Sequence record: KJ019142.1
Strand: one strand, 5' to 3'
DNA: 64,000 bases
Both the position numbers and the translations under genes were made by a program. Below are positions 26,965 through 36,343 of this stretch, one piece after another. The notes below the pieces were generated by a model, which worked only from the letters and a program-made list of their open reading frames with translations, had not been told where the DNA came from and made no database searches. Each line of letters begins with the position of its first letter. Position 1 is the first letter of the stretch.

Positions 26965-27609
26965 TTGGATTCCAATAAGAGATCGATTATTAGAAAACTA
27001 GCAGCTATTGCTGCGATTGGCTTCGTGGGTATTCCCGCTGGAGCTGGTCTAATCCCTACTCTAGAACAGTTTCAAGAAGAAAATGGATATGGTACTGAGG
27101 AAGTAGTAGAGGATACAACTGAAGAGGTAGTAGAAGAAGTAGCAATGACAAGGCGTTGGGTTCTCCCCAATGGAACACATAATGAGAAGATAGTACTCAG
27201 TGCCCTACAGGATAGGGGTATTACTGATAAAGTTGCTCTAGCGGTTGTTTTAGGTAATATCAAACAAGAGTCACGATTCCATTCCAACATCTGTGAGGGT
27301 GGTGCAAGGGTCAACTATCATGGTTGTAGATATGGTGGGTATGGTCTTATCCAATGGACTACTTCAGATAGATATAGAGGACTTGGACACTACGCTTCTA
27401 GGATTGGTGGTGATCCTTCCAGTGTAGAAACTCAGGTTGGATATATCTTCAGAGAGAGGCAGTGGTTAGACATTGAATCATCCCTCAAAAGAAATGGTCA
27501 TAGTGTTGGTTACTACATGAATAGGGCATATTACTGGTTGGGATGGGGTCACCATGGAGCCAGAACCCACTACTCACATGACTATGCTGCTCGTCTCATC
27601 TTTAAATAA
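26965..27609 (+). CDS. secreted or anchored phage-tail-lysozyme-like cell wall hydrolase
   Basis: N-terminal hydrophobic segment; GNIKQES...GYGLIQWT; start codon uncertain (TTG). Confidence 0.75.
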   Translation: MDSNKRSIIRKLAAIAAIGFVGIPAGAGLIPTLEQFQEENGYGTEEVVEDTTEEVVEEVAMTRRWVLPNGTHNEKIVLSALQDRGITDKVALAVVLGNIKQESRFHSNICEGGARVNYHGCRYGGYGLIQWTTSDRYRGLGHYASRIGGDPSSVETQVGYIFRERQWLDIESSLKRNGHSVGYYMNRAYYWLGWGHHGARTHYSHDYAARLIFK

Positions 27610-27623
27610 ATAGATGAAACCCA

Positions 27624-28019
27624 ATGAAAGTCCCAGAGTTTAAAGTCAGTTTTCAGTTTGGTAAGAAGAAGAAAAACCCCCTACGTCTATACATTATAGG
27701 GGCAGTTTTGAGCTTTGTTATCGATATGATACATACTTTTATGAGGGTTCCCACAAAGGACCTCTGGGCTTTGGTTGACGAATTGGGAAAAGAGCTTAGA
27801 ATAGAAGATATCAATGAGCTCGTTTTGAATAGTCCCGAACTACTACAGGCTAGAATCGAACGAGAAGTTGATGGAGCTATTGAGGACCATCTTAAAGAAA
27901 CAGGTCACAAAGACCCAGAGATTGAATCAGTATTTACTGAAACACTAAAGGGAGAAACCCCCTTAGGTGGTGAACTAAGAATCCGTGGTAAGTGGGTTCC
28001 TGAAAATAAGGAGGACTAA
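27624..28019 (+). CDS. hypothetical membrane-anchored protein
   Basis: 131 aa, one hydrophobic segment. Confidence 0.7.
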   Translation: MKVPEFKVSFQFGKKKKNPLRLYIIGAVLSFVIDMIHTFMRVPTKDLWALVDELGKELRIEDINELVLNSPELLQARIEREVDGAIEDHLKETGHKDPEIESVFTETLKGETPLGGELRIRGKWVPENKED

Positions 28020-28180
28020 TGAAACGACACAACAAAGTGATGCACCTTATCCGTGAGTCTCTTCGTAATCCAGAAGCATATTCTGAGGAAGAGATTACAT
28101 ATATGAGAGAGCAACTCAAACTACTGGAGGGTGAGAAGGAAACTATTAAACGGGAGAAGAATCGTGGATTTGGATCTTAA
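28019..28180 (+). CDS. small hypothetical protein (53 aa)
   Basis: RBS GGAGG, ATG overlapping previous stop. Confidence 0.55.
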   Translation: MKRHNKVMHLIRESLRNPEAYSEEEITYMREQLKLLEGEKETIKREKNRGFGS

Positions 28181-28610
28181 ATTCATTGGAGATGAGTGTC
28201 TTAGGAAACCATCAGTAAATGTTGAAGATATCACAGAGGATGTGGTAACTTTATCCAAGGCAATGAAACAGAAGATGATTGAGTGTAATGGTATTGGTCT
28301 AGCAGCCCCACAGGTTGGTAGGAATATCAGACTTATAGTTGTGCGACTAATGTGTGGTATGACTGTGGAGATGATTAATCCACGCATCAGTTGGACTTCT
28401 GATGACAGATGCATACTTGATGAAGGTTGTCTTAGTATCCCTGGAAAAACACACCCTGTTGAGAGGTATAAATCCATTAGAGTTAAATTTCAGGACATTA
28501 CAGGACAACATAAATATTGGAAATTATCTAAGATGGACGCACGAGTGGTTCTACATGAGTATGATCATTTGGAAGGTTTATTGATGGTTGATTACCAGAA
28601 GACTGGTTAA
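28164..28610 (+). CDS. def: peptide deformylase
   Basis: GIGLAAPQVG, EGCLS, HEYDH motifs; probable GTG start 28164. Confidence 0.95.
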   Translation: MDLDLKFIGDECLRKPSVNVEDITEDVVTLSKAMKQKMIECNGIGLAAPQVGRNIRLIVVRLMCGMTVEMINPRISWTSDDRCILDEGCLSIPGKTHPVERYKSIRVKFQDITGQHKYWKLSKMDARVVLHEYDHLEGLLMVDYQKTG

Positions 28611-28626
28611 CTTTATAGTATTAACA

Positions 28627-28818
28627 ATGATTATGAAAACGAAGAGAGAGCGTCTTGAAGATGTCATTATGGAATATCTAGATGAAGAATACTCGTCTCG
28701 ACGTATCTACGAAGAATTCCTATCAGTAATGATTAATGAATGTCAAGGTAGGGAAGAAGCATCTAAGAAAGCCTTAGAACTTAGAGACTTGATGTTGGGT
28801 GATAGACCTGTATTTTAA
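28627..28818 (+). CDS. hypothetical protein
   Basis: within track ORF 28588-28818. Confidence 0.6.
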   Translation: MIMKTKRERLEDVIMEYLDEEYSSRRIYEEFLSVMINECQGREEASKKALELRDLMLGDRPVF

Positions 28819-28836
28819 CAAAGGAGATTATCAATT

Positions 28837-29148
28837 ATGACTAAAGAAGTTAGCGATTTGAAACTCACACGACTTGAGTGTGTGAAGTGTGGCGCCACTT
28901 GGATCAATGGTAATCATGTATGGAAGACTGGTAATACTGGAAGTGAAACCGATCTAGCTGGGTTAGTTTGCAATAAACTAGGTGATGACGATTGCATCAA
29001 CCCCCTAAGGGGTGCTGAGACAGGTGACACTTGGGAACAGCGTTTTGGTGATTTGGAAACTGGATTCAATGCAAGGAGAGAGCGTCTAGAGGATCAGAGA
29101 GCCAGGTTCAAGGAACAATATGGGGAAGACCCTCACTTTGACGATTGA
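28837..29148 (+). CDS. hypothetical protein (Cys-containing)
   Basis: CVKC...C...C, RBS GGAG. Confidence 0.7.
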   Translation: MTKEVSDLKLTRLECVKCGATWINGNHVWKTGNTGSETDLAGLVCNKLGDDDCINPLRGAETGDTWEQRFGDLETGFNARRERLEDQRARFKEQYGEDPHFDD

Positions 29149-29216
29149 GGAAGTGGCACACCCCCTAGGCAAACCTATGGGGATGCGTTATAATATGAAG
29201 GTAATCAACCAGAGAG

Positions 29217-29432
29217 ATGACACAGCTTAAAACAAAGTTCCGCAGGTATATCGGTGTTCTCACTGAAGCCGTATCTCGTTCCATCGAGTTAGACTACTCA
29301 CAACCCAAACTCTATAAGAAGGTCCGAAGGTTCTACGAGGAACAGGGAGTCTCCTTCACTGGAGACGAGGTAGATGACTACCAAATTGTTATGGATTGTT
29401 TAACTGAAGATCTAGTAAAGGAGCCAGTATGA
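29217..29432 (+). CDS. conserved cyanophage hypothetical protein
   Basis: 71 aa after a TATAAT promoter. Confidence 0.7.
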   Translation: MTQLKTKFRRYIGVLTEAVSRSIELDYSQPKLYKKVRRFYEEQGVSFTGDEVDDYQIVMDCLTEDLVKEPV

Positions 29433-29665
29433 AGACTATTCTTGAGAGAGAAGGTTTCCGTTTCATTGAGAAAGGTATTATTGAACTCAATGGAATGCCA
29501 GACTACCGACTACAGAAACAAGATCACTATTCCCAACGATGGAATGATGTTTATCTCTTCGATAACAAGATGCAGTGTCTAACTGCTATGGAAGATATCG
29601 AATATTGTAAGTGGTTGTGTGGAGAACCCTGTTATGTTCGTGATGTTGTTGGTTCCTATTCATAG
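29429..29665 (+). CDS. hypothetical protein
   Basis: 78 aa, coupled. Confidence 0.7.
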   Translation: MKTILEREGFRFIEKGIIELNGMPDYRLQKQDHYSQRWNDVYLFDNKMQCLTAMEDIEYCKWLCGEPCYVRDVVGSYS

Positions 29666-29899
29666 ATGAGAACTACATCCTTCCTAAGGTATCTTGGAAA
29701 TACCTTACTAGTGTTGGGTCATTTCACACTCCTTTGGGGGGATACACAGACCGCCTTGACTATCAAAATCATAGGTGGTCTTTCTTTGTTACCCTTTGCC
29801 ATCTCCTGGAAGTTGTGGGATGTTGTGGCACTTGAGTTAATATTTGGAGGTATGGATGTAACCAAGTTCATCCAGTTAGTGTTCGGAGAGACACTTTAA
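29666..29899 (+). CDS. small multi-pass membrane protein
   Basis: three hydrophobic segments. Confidence 0.65.
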   Translation: MRTTSFLRYLGNTLLVLGHFTLLWGDTQTALTIKIIGGLSLLPFAISWKLWDVVALELIFGGMDVTKFIQLVFGETL

Positions 29900-29924
29900 A
29901 CTTTTCCCTGGCGCGCCCCAATCA

Positions 29925-29950
29925 CACCACTCCTCACGGGGTGGTTTTTT
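29925..29950 (+). terminator. intrinsic terminator
   Basis: ACCACTCC/GGGGTGGT stem plus T run. Confidence 0.75.
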
Positions 29951-29971
29951 ATTGCTTATAACTAGTGTAAC

Positions 29972-30280
29972 TTGGGTTACATTATGAAAGCCGACGCACA
30001 ACTAGAACACCACGCCAATTGCTGGAATGCTATTCGAAATAATGATAAGGAATACTTTAAGATAGGAGTTGGTGTTTATAAAACCATCAACGCTGACAGG
30101 GAATACTATATCAATAGTCGTATTGAAACTGATAAGAAGAGTGATATATCAGAAATGGATCAAGTGAAAGAAGCCCACTCTAAACACTTAAGTTACTTCA
30201 TTGGATACAAATCAGAAGTAACAGTTGAAGCTATCAGTAGTGATTGGAAATCTACATTATACCGGGTTACTACCTGCTAG
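29972..30280 (+). CDS. hypothetical protein
   Basis: 102 aa ORF. Confidence 0.6.
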   Translation: MGYIMKADAQLEHHANCWNAIRNNDKEYFKIGVGVYKTINADREYYINSRIETDKKSDISEMDQVKEAHSKHLSYFIGYKSEVTVEAISSDWKSTLYRVTTC

Positions 30281-30300
30281 GGTGTGTTATAATAGATGAA

Positions 30301-31311
30301 ATGCATGTTGTGATGAAAGCTTTAATCTCTGGAATTACAGGTCAAGATGGATCCTATCTTGCTGAACTTCTACTTAAGAAGGGGTATGAAGTCCATGGTA
30401 TTATTCGTAGAACCTCCTCGTTTAATACAGGAAGAATCGATCATATCTTCGATCAGTTACACCTCCACTACGGGGATTTGACTGACTCCCTGAACATAGT
30501 CTCTATCATTAAGGAAGTAGAACCTGATGAGATCTACAACCTAGGGGCACAGAGTCATGTGAAGGTATCATTCGAGATCCCTGAATACACTGCACAAACA
30601 GACGCTCTGGGAACTCTACGAGTATTGGAAGCAGTCCGTCTCCTAGGTATGGAGAATAGAGTTCGTATCTATCAGGCATCCACTAGTGAGTTGTATGGAT
30701 TAGTTCAGGCAGTTCCACAGAAAGAAGATACCCCATTCTATCCACGATCCCCATATGGTGTAGCGAAACTCTATGGTTACTGGATTATAAAGAACTACAG
30801 AGAGAGTTATGGGATGCACGCTAGTAGTGGTATCCTATTCAATCATGAGTCACCACGACGGGGTGAGACCTTTGTAACTCGTAAGATTACTAGGGCACTC
30901 TCTCGTATCAGTACAGGACTACAAGATGTTCTCTACCTAGGTAACCTAAACGCCAAGAGGGACTGGGGACACGCAGAGGACTTTGTAGAGGCTATGTGGT
31001 TGATGCTCCAACAGGATAAACCTGATGACTATGTGATTGCCACCGGGGAACAATACTCAGTTCGTGAATTTGTAGAGGCATCTGCTGAATACTTTGGTAT
31101 GAAGATTGAGTGGCAGGGTGAGGGATTAGATGAAGTGGGTATAGATAGATTCACTAAGAAAGTCGTTGTTCGTGTCAGCGATAAGTATTTCCGTCCAGCA
31201 GAAGTTGAGTCTCTCTGGGGAGATCCTACCAAGGCTAAAGAGGTATTAGGTTGGAAACCTAAGCATACCTTTAGTTCTTTGGTTGAAGATATGTGTATTT
31301 ACGGTCAGTGA
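30301..31311 (+). CDS. gmd: GDP-mannose 4,6-dehydratase
   Basis: [48 protein letters not shown]. Confidence 0.97.
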   Translation: MHVVMKALISGITGQDGSYLAELLLKKGYEVHGIIRRTSSFNTGRIDHIFDQLHLHYGDLTDSLNIVSIIKEVEPDEIYNLGAQSHVKVSFEIPEYTAQTDALGTLRVLEAVRLLGMENRVRIYQASTSELYGLVQAVPQKEDTPFYPRSPYGVAKLYGYWIIKNYRESYGMHASSGILFNHESPRRGETFVTRKITRALSRISTGLQDVLYLGNLNAKRDWGHAEDFVEAMWLMLQQDKPDDYVIATGEQYSVREFVEASAEYFGMKIEWQGEGLDEVGIDRFTKKVVVRVSDKYFRPAEVESLWGDPTKAKEVLGWKPKHTFSSLVEDMCIYGQ

Positions 31312-31313
31312 TT

Positions 31314-32240
31314 ATGAAAAAGGGTTCAACGGTAGCAGTATTTGGTTCGGGTGGATTGGCTGGAAGTGCCATCACCAGGGCACTCAGGTGTTCCTTTATG
31401 GCACATAAGATTCTTACCCCTAGGAGTAAGGAACTAGACCTAAGAGAACAGGCAGATGTTCGTAGTTGGTTTAAGGAGAACAAAGTTGATTATGTATTCT
31501 TAGCCGCCGCCCTAGTTGGTGGTATTATGGCTAACAAGACTAGAAAGGCAGAGTTCTTACACGACAACCTAATGATGCAGTGTAATGTAATTGACTCTGC
31601 ATACTATAGTGGAGTAAAGAAACTCCTATTCTTAGGTACCTCTTGTATCTATCCAGCAGGAAGACACCATCCACTAGTGGAACATGAACTACTCACAGGA
31701 CTATTAGAACCAACCAATGACGCATACGCAATCGCAAAGATCGCAGGGATCAAACAATGTGACTTCTACCGAGAACAATATGGATTTGATGCTATCTCTA
31801 TCATGCCTCCTAATCTATATGGTCCTGGAGATAATTTCAATGAGGGATCAGGACATGTCCTCGCCTCATTGATGAATAGGTTTCACCTAGCGAAGGAAGC
31901 AGGTGCATCTAGAGTTGAATGTTGGGGTGATGGATCACCTATGAGGGAGTTTCTATATGTGGATGACTTAGCAGATGCTTCCTTATACTTTATGAATAGT
32001 TATAGTGAGTCTGGGCACATTAATACTGGGACTGGTAGGGATGTAACTATCAAACAACTAGCGGAGACTATTGCTGATGTAGTTGGATACAAAGGTGAGA
32101 TAGGTTGGGATACAACTAAACCCAACGGAAACCCAAGGAAACTACTTGACAGCAGTAGGGCAAACCTGTTAGGATGGGAACCCAAGGTTAAATTTGAAGA
32201 CGGAATCAAACTCACATACAACTGGTATCTAGCACAATGA
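31314..32240 (+). CDS. fcl: GDP-L-fucose synthase / GDP-colitose synthase-like epimerase-reductase
   Basis: AALVGGIMAN, LGTSCIYP, LEPTNDAYAIAK, PPNLYGPGDNF, REFLYVDDLA. Confidence 0.95.
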   Translation: MKKGSTVAVFGSGGLAGSAITRALRCSFMAHKILTPRSKELDLREQADVRSWFKENKVDYVFLAAALVGGIMANKTRKAEFLHDNLMMQCNVIDSAYYSGVKKLLFLGTSCIYPAGRHHPLVEHELLTGLLEPTNDAYAIAKIAGIKQCDFYREQYGFDAISIMPPNLYGPGDNFNEGSGHVLASLMNRFHLAKEAGASRVECWGDGSPMREFLYVDDLADASLYFMNSYSESGHINTGTGRDVTIKQLAETIADVVGYKGEIGWDTTKPNGNPRKLLDSSRANLLGWEPKVKFEDGIKLTYNWYLAQ

Positions 32241-33430
32241 CAAAGATTACAAATGGATATACGTGGCCTCTTATGAAGGACACTGTGACCAAGAGAGATA
32301 GGTTGAGGATGGCAAAGTTTATCCTCACCAGTGATAGACTAACACAAGGTAAAGAAGTTCGTAAGTTTGAGGAGCAGTGGAGTGAGTGGCTTGGAGTTAA
32401 ACATTCTCTTTTTGTTAGCAGTGGCAGTACCGCTAACCTACTTCTTGTGTCTGCTTGGAAGGAATTATACGAGATCCCAGACCAGTCGAAAGTAATTGTA
32501 CCTGCTTGTACTTGGGTAACTAATGTTGCTCCTATCATCCAGTGTGGTTTGACTCCAATCTTTTGTGACATCAACTTAGAAGACTACTCCTTTGATCTGG
32601 ATAAACTACAGGATATTCGTGATGAATATCACGATGACATCAGAGGTATCTTTGTTACTCACCTCCTAGGATTTCCTGCTAATGTGGAAAAGTTTCGTGA
32701 TGTTTTCCCCGACGCTCATATTCTAGAAGATGTATGTGAGAGTCACGGAGCAGTCCTCCCTAGTGGTGATAAGGCGGGAACCTTTGATGTTGGTGGCACA
32801 TTTAGTTTCTACTTTGGGCACCACATGACTACCATTGAAGGTGGTATGGTGAGTACTAATGATCCAGAACTCTATGATCTAATGAGAATGAAGCGTTCTC
32901 ATGGGTTAGCGAGAGAATCACTATACTTTGAAACATACAAAGAGAAGTATCCTGATGTAAATCCACAGTTTCTCTTCGTTACTGAGGGATATAACTTCCG
33001 TAATACTGATCTAGCTGCTGTATTAGGACAGTCTCAACTGAAGAGACTAGACAGTATGATTGGGATTCGTAACAGGAACTATGAGTTATACCAACAATTA
33101 CTAAAGAAACACGAACATGACCTTACACATGAGTATGGTGGTTCTTTCTATATCCCCTCCACACAGGGGGATGTAAGTAGTTTCTGTTTTCCATTTGTAG
33201 TTGATAATATGCACTGCTATCTTAAGTTAAAAGAACTTCTAGAAGAATACTATGTTGAGTATCGACCTATTGTGAGTGGTAACCTCCTACGACAACCATT
33301 CTTGAGAGAATATTCTGCTGAGTGTCCCAAGGCAGATATAGCCCATGAAAAGGGACTATATATTGGGAATAATCACTTTGTAGATGAGTCTAACTTTCAC
33401 ATGCTAGATGAGATTTTGAGCCAACTTTGA
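32237..33430 (+). CDS. colD: PLP-dependent GDP-4-keto-6-deoxymannose 3-dehydratase (ColD-like, DegT superfamily)
   Basis: SSGSTANLL, EDVCESHGA, SFYFGHHMTTIEGG (His in the Schiff-base Lys position), RPIVSGN, GLYIGN. Confidence 0.8.
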   Translation: MTKITNGYTWPLMKDTVTKRDRLRMAKFILTSDRLTQGKEVRKFEEQWSEWLGVKHSLFVSSGSTANLLLVSAWKELYEIPDQSKVIVPACTWVTNVAPIIQCGLTPIFCDINLEDYSFDLDKLQDIRDEYHDDIRGIFVTHLLGFPANVEKFRDVFPDAHILEDVCESHGAVLPSGDKAGTFDVGGTFSFYFGHHMTTIEGGMVSTNDPELYDLMRMKRSHGLARESLYFETYKEKYPDVNPQFLFVTEGYNFRNTDLAAVLGQSQLKRLDSMIGIRNRNYELYQQLLKKHEHDLTHEYGGSFYIPSTQGDVSSFCFPFVVDNMHCYLKLKELLEEYYVEYRPIVSGNLLRQPFLREYSAECPKADIAHEKGLYIGNNHFVDESNFHMLDEILSQL

Positions 33431-33431
33431 T

Positions 33432-34226
33432 ATGACATTTTCATTTAATCATATGGGCAACTTGGGGCATCTGGGAAACCAGATGTTTCAGTATGCCGCA
33501 CTCATTGGTATGGGGGCTAAGCATGGGAGGAGTATTTGTATCCCCCATAAACAAAGTTTTGGGCAATCATACTACCAGGATCTTCGTAGTAATATCTACG
33601 ATGCTTTCAACCTCTCACCCAATGGTGTAGGTATCAGTAGGTTCCCCACAGTTCAGGAAGGTAGTTTCCACTTTGATGAAAACTTATTTGAGAACCCACC
33701 AGATGAGAACTGTAACCTCTATGGATTCTTCCAGAGTGAAAAGTGGTTCTCACATATCAAAGAAGGTATTAGGAAAGAGTTCACTCTAAAGGATGAGTAC
33801 CGGGAAGTGGCACAACTGATGAGAGAACAACTCTCTGGTCAGGTTGTTGCTATTCATGTTCGTAGAACTGACTACCTATCCAATCCAAACCACGGAGCAT
33901 TGGGTTTAGATTACTATGAGAAGGCACTGGAGTTGGTTCCTAATAACCTTACAGTAGTTGTATTCACTGATGATCCAGAGTGGGCTAAAGAACAACCACT
34001 CTTTCCAGATGATAGGTTCTTTGTATCAGAGACAGACTGTCCCTATACAGACCTTGCTCTTATGAGTATGTGTGATTATCATATTATTGCCAACAGTTCA
34101 TACTCTTGGTGGGGTGCATACTTATCTGATAGTAAGAAAGTAATTGCTCCTAAACAGTGGTTTGGGGAACCACTTAAAACAAATAACCTGAAAGATCTTT
34201 ATTGTGATGGGTGGGTGAAACTATGA
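33432..34226 (+). CDS. GT11 alpha-1,2-fucosyl/colitosyltransferase
   Basis: GHLGNQMFQYA, GFFQSEKWF, HVRRTDY, IANSSYSWWGAYL. Confidence 0.93.
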   Translation: MTFSFNHMGNLGHLGNQMFQYAALIGMGAKHGRSICIPHKQSFGQSYYQDLRSNIYDAFNLSPNGVGISRFPTVQEGSFHFDENLFENPPDENCNLYGFFQSEKWFSHIKEGIRKEFTLKDEYREVAQLMREQLSGQVVAIHVRRTDYLSNPNHGALGLDYYEKALELVPNNLTVVVFTDDPEWAKEQPLFPDDRFFVSETDCPYTDLALMSMCDYHIIANSSYSWWGAYLSDSKKVIAPKQWFGEPLKTNNLKDLYCDGWVKL

Positions 34227-34846
34227 GTAACTTTGCAAGTGCTAAACAGTTTATCAAGAATGGTATTGATACACAACAGGAGTCTATCTCTGGTGGTGGC
34301 AGCACTATGGCTTCCACAGTTGCCTTCAGATACTTCCTACCAAAGTATATCAAACAGTATGGTATTGAGAGTATCTTAGACATTGGGTGTGGTGACTGGC
34401 ATTGGATGTCTACTATCAGAGAAGAGTTTCCTGATGTAGACTATGAGGGATGGGATGCCTCTGAGGATATGATTAATCCCATGACTGAGAAGTATGGAAC
34501 AGAGAATACTAGGTTTGAGGTAAAGGATATCATTGATAACAAGTATCCCAAAGTGGATTTGGTTATCGCTCGTGATGTTCTATTCCATCTCAAAGAGGAT
34601 TACCTAAAGAAGGTTCTCAAGAATATCAGTAAGGCAGGTGTGAAGTATCTACTAGCAACCACCTTTCCAGGTTTACCTAAGAACGAAGAACTCACTCCTA
34701 AGAAATATGACGGTTGGGGATTCAGACCAATCAATCTGGATATCGAGCCTTATAATATGAAAGATTATTGTATCAATGATTTCAAGGAAACGACAGCCCC
34801 TAACAGAGGATACTATCGTCATGTCTATTTGTATGAGGTAAAATGA
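34223..34846 (+). CDS. class I SAM-dependent methyltransferase
   Basis: ILDIGCGD...GWD...DLVIARDVLFHL. Confidence 0.85.
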   Translation: MSNFASAKQFIKNGIDTQQESISGGGSTMASTVAFRYFLPKYIKQYGIESILDIGCGDWHWMSTIREEFPDVDYEGWDASEDMINPMTEKYGTENTRFEVKDIIDNKYPKVDLVIARDVLFHLKEDYLKKVLKNISKAGVKYLLATTFPGLPKNEELTPKKYDGWGFRPINLDIEPYNMKDYCINDFKETTAPNRGYYRHVYLYEVK

Positions 34847-34995
34847 AGATCGAAATTGAACTATCTAAAGATGTAGAATACAAAGGAGAGAAACTAGGTG
34901 AGTATATCTGGAACCTAGAAGAGGGAATTAATCATGTTACTGGTTTTGGTGATTCACTTGAGGAATGTTTTAAGGAAATTGTGAGGTTTAGATGA
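34843..34995 (+). CDS. small hypothetical protein (50 aa)
   Basis: coupled at both ends (ATGA overlaps); read by eye. Confidence 0.5.
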   Translation: MKIEIELSKDVEYKGEKLGEYIWNLEEGINHVTGFGDSLEECFKEIVRFR

Positions 34996-35723
34996 AGAAA
35001 GTAGCTATTATCTTTATTGGAACAGGTAGATACCTAGAGTTTCTACCAAAGTATTATGAACAGGCAGAAGCAAACCTCTTCCCTGACAGACCCAAACACT
35101 ACTATGTGTTTACTGATGGTGACTTAGGTAATGAACTACCTGACAATGTAACTGTATACGAACAGGAACATCTTCAATGGCCATACATCACCCTCTATCG
35201 TTTCGGTATTATCCAGAAACACCTAGAGGAGATTGAGAAGGAGTGTGGTTTCCTACTCTTTATGGATGCTGATACACAGGTAGTATCCCCTGTATCGTTC
35301 GATGAAGTATTCAGGAAGGGAAAACCCTATACAGGTGTTCATCACCCCTGCCACGCCCTGAATATGCCACCACACAATGAGTTTCCTGGTAGTCTAGAAA
35401 CTAATACAGCATCCAAGGCAGCATGTAAACCTGGTGATGACTTCTCTGTATATTGGCAAGGTTGTGTATGGGGTGGAAACATAAAGGGTGCTCGTAAGAT
35501 TATTGATACTCTCCACCACAGAACTAAACAAGATGAGGAGAATGGAATCATTGCCAAGTGGCATGATGAAAGTCATATCAATAGATACTTCCTTGATAAC
35601 AAAGATAAGGTGAATACCCTATCACCTAGTTTCGCATACCCAGAGTCCTTCACTGAGTATATGGAAGACTACGAACCTAAGATTGTACACCTAGCAAAAG
35701 AGAATTCTAAGTATCAGGTATGA
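34992..35723 (+). CDS. GT6 family (ABO-type alpha-1,3-Gal/GalNAc transferase)
   Basis: IGTGRY...YYVFTD...WP...FMDAD...VWGG...WHDESHINRYF. Confidence 0.9.
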   Translation: MKKVAIIFIGTGRYLEFLPKYYEQAEANLFPDRPKHYYVFTDGDLGNELPDNVTVYEQEHLQWPYITLYRFGIIQKHLEEIEKECGFLLFMDADTQVVSPVSFDEVFRKGKPYTGVHHPCHALNMPPHNEFPGSLETNTASKAACKPGDDFSVYWQGCVWGGNIKGARKIIDTLHHRTKQDEENGIIAKWHDESHINRYFLDNKDKVNTLSPSFAYPESFTEYMEDYEPKIVHLAKENSKYQV

Positions 35724-36343
35724 GTTACTTCACAGATTATGACAACGAATTCACAGTATTTGAGGCACCAAAGAACGGGGGAACTACTCTCCGTCTTTGG
35801 ATATACTACGCAGGAACAGGGGAGTTGGTGAAGTCAGCGGAGTCTGAATACTACGCTGGCACTGGAGAAACATACAAACAACTCCAAGAGTGGGGTTATG
35901 TGAATGGGGAATACGAGAACCCCAAGACCCAGATGGTATGTATCAAGAGAGACCCTGTAGATAGGTTTGTAAGTGCCTTCTATGATAAGGTAATCAAAGA
36001 GGGGAGAATCAAAGTAACCATCGATGAGTTTCTCTCAAACTATGAAGAGATACTTGATAAGTCTACCCTCAAGATGAATGATGGTAAGACTAACTTCATG
36101 AAGTTTCACTTTGAGTCACAGACATATCACTTTGGTAAAGATAGAGATCTATATCATAAGGTCTTTGATATCTCAGAGGTTGGTACTGGTCTGAAGAAGT
36201 ATCTGGAGAGTAAGTGGAATATAGAACTACCTGATGTCCATGCTAGAAATAGTGGTGGTGGTAGAAAGTTTGATCTCTCCAGGGGACAACTGAATAAGGT
36301 AAAGGAAATTTACACACAGGACTATTATAATGGGTGGTACTGA
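35720..36343 (+). CDS. sulfotransferase family 2-like protein
   Basis: PKNGGTT (5'-PSB-like), RDPVDRFVSAFYD (3'-PB-like), HFESQ. Confidence 0.8.
   Translation: MSYFTDYDNEFTVFEAPKNGGTTLRLWIYYAGTGELVKSAESEYYAGTGETYKQLQEWGYVNGEYENPKTQMVCIKRDPVDRFVSAFYDKVIKEGRIKVTIDEFLSNYEEILDKSTLKMNDGKTNFMKFHFESQTYHFGKDRDLYHKVFDISEVGTGLKKYLESKWNIELPDVHARNSGGGRKFDLSRGQLNKVKEIYTQDYYNGWY

Noticed and set aside
32237-33430. Perosamine synthase or ordinary DegT aminotransferase
   Set aside because: Catalytic Lys position is His (GHHMTT), which fits 3-dehydratases
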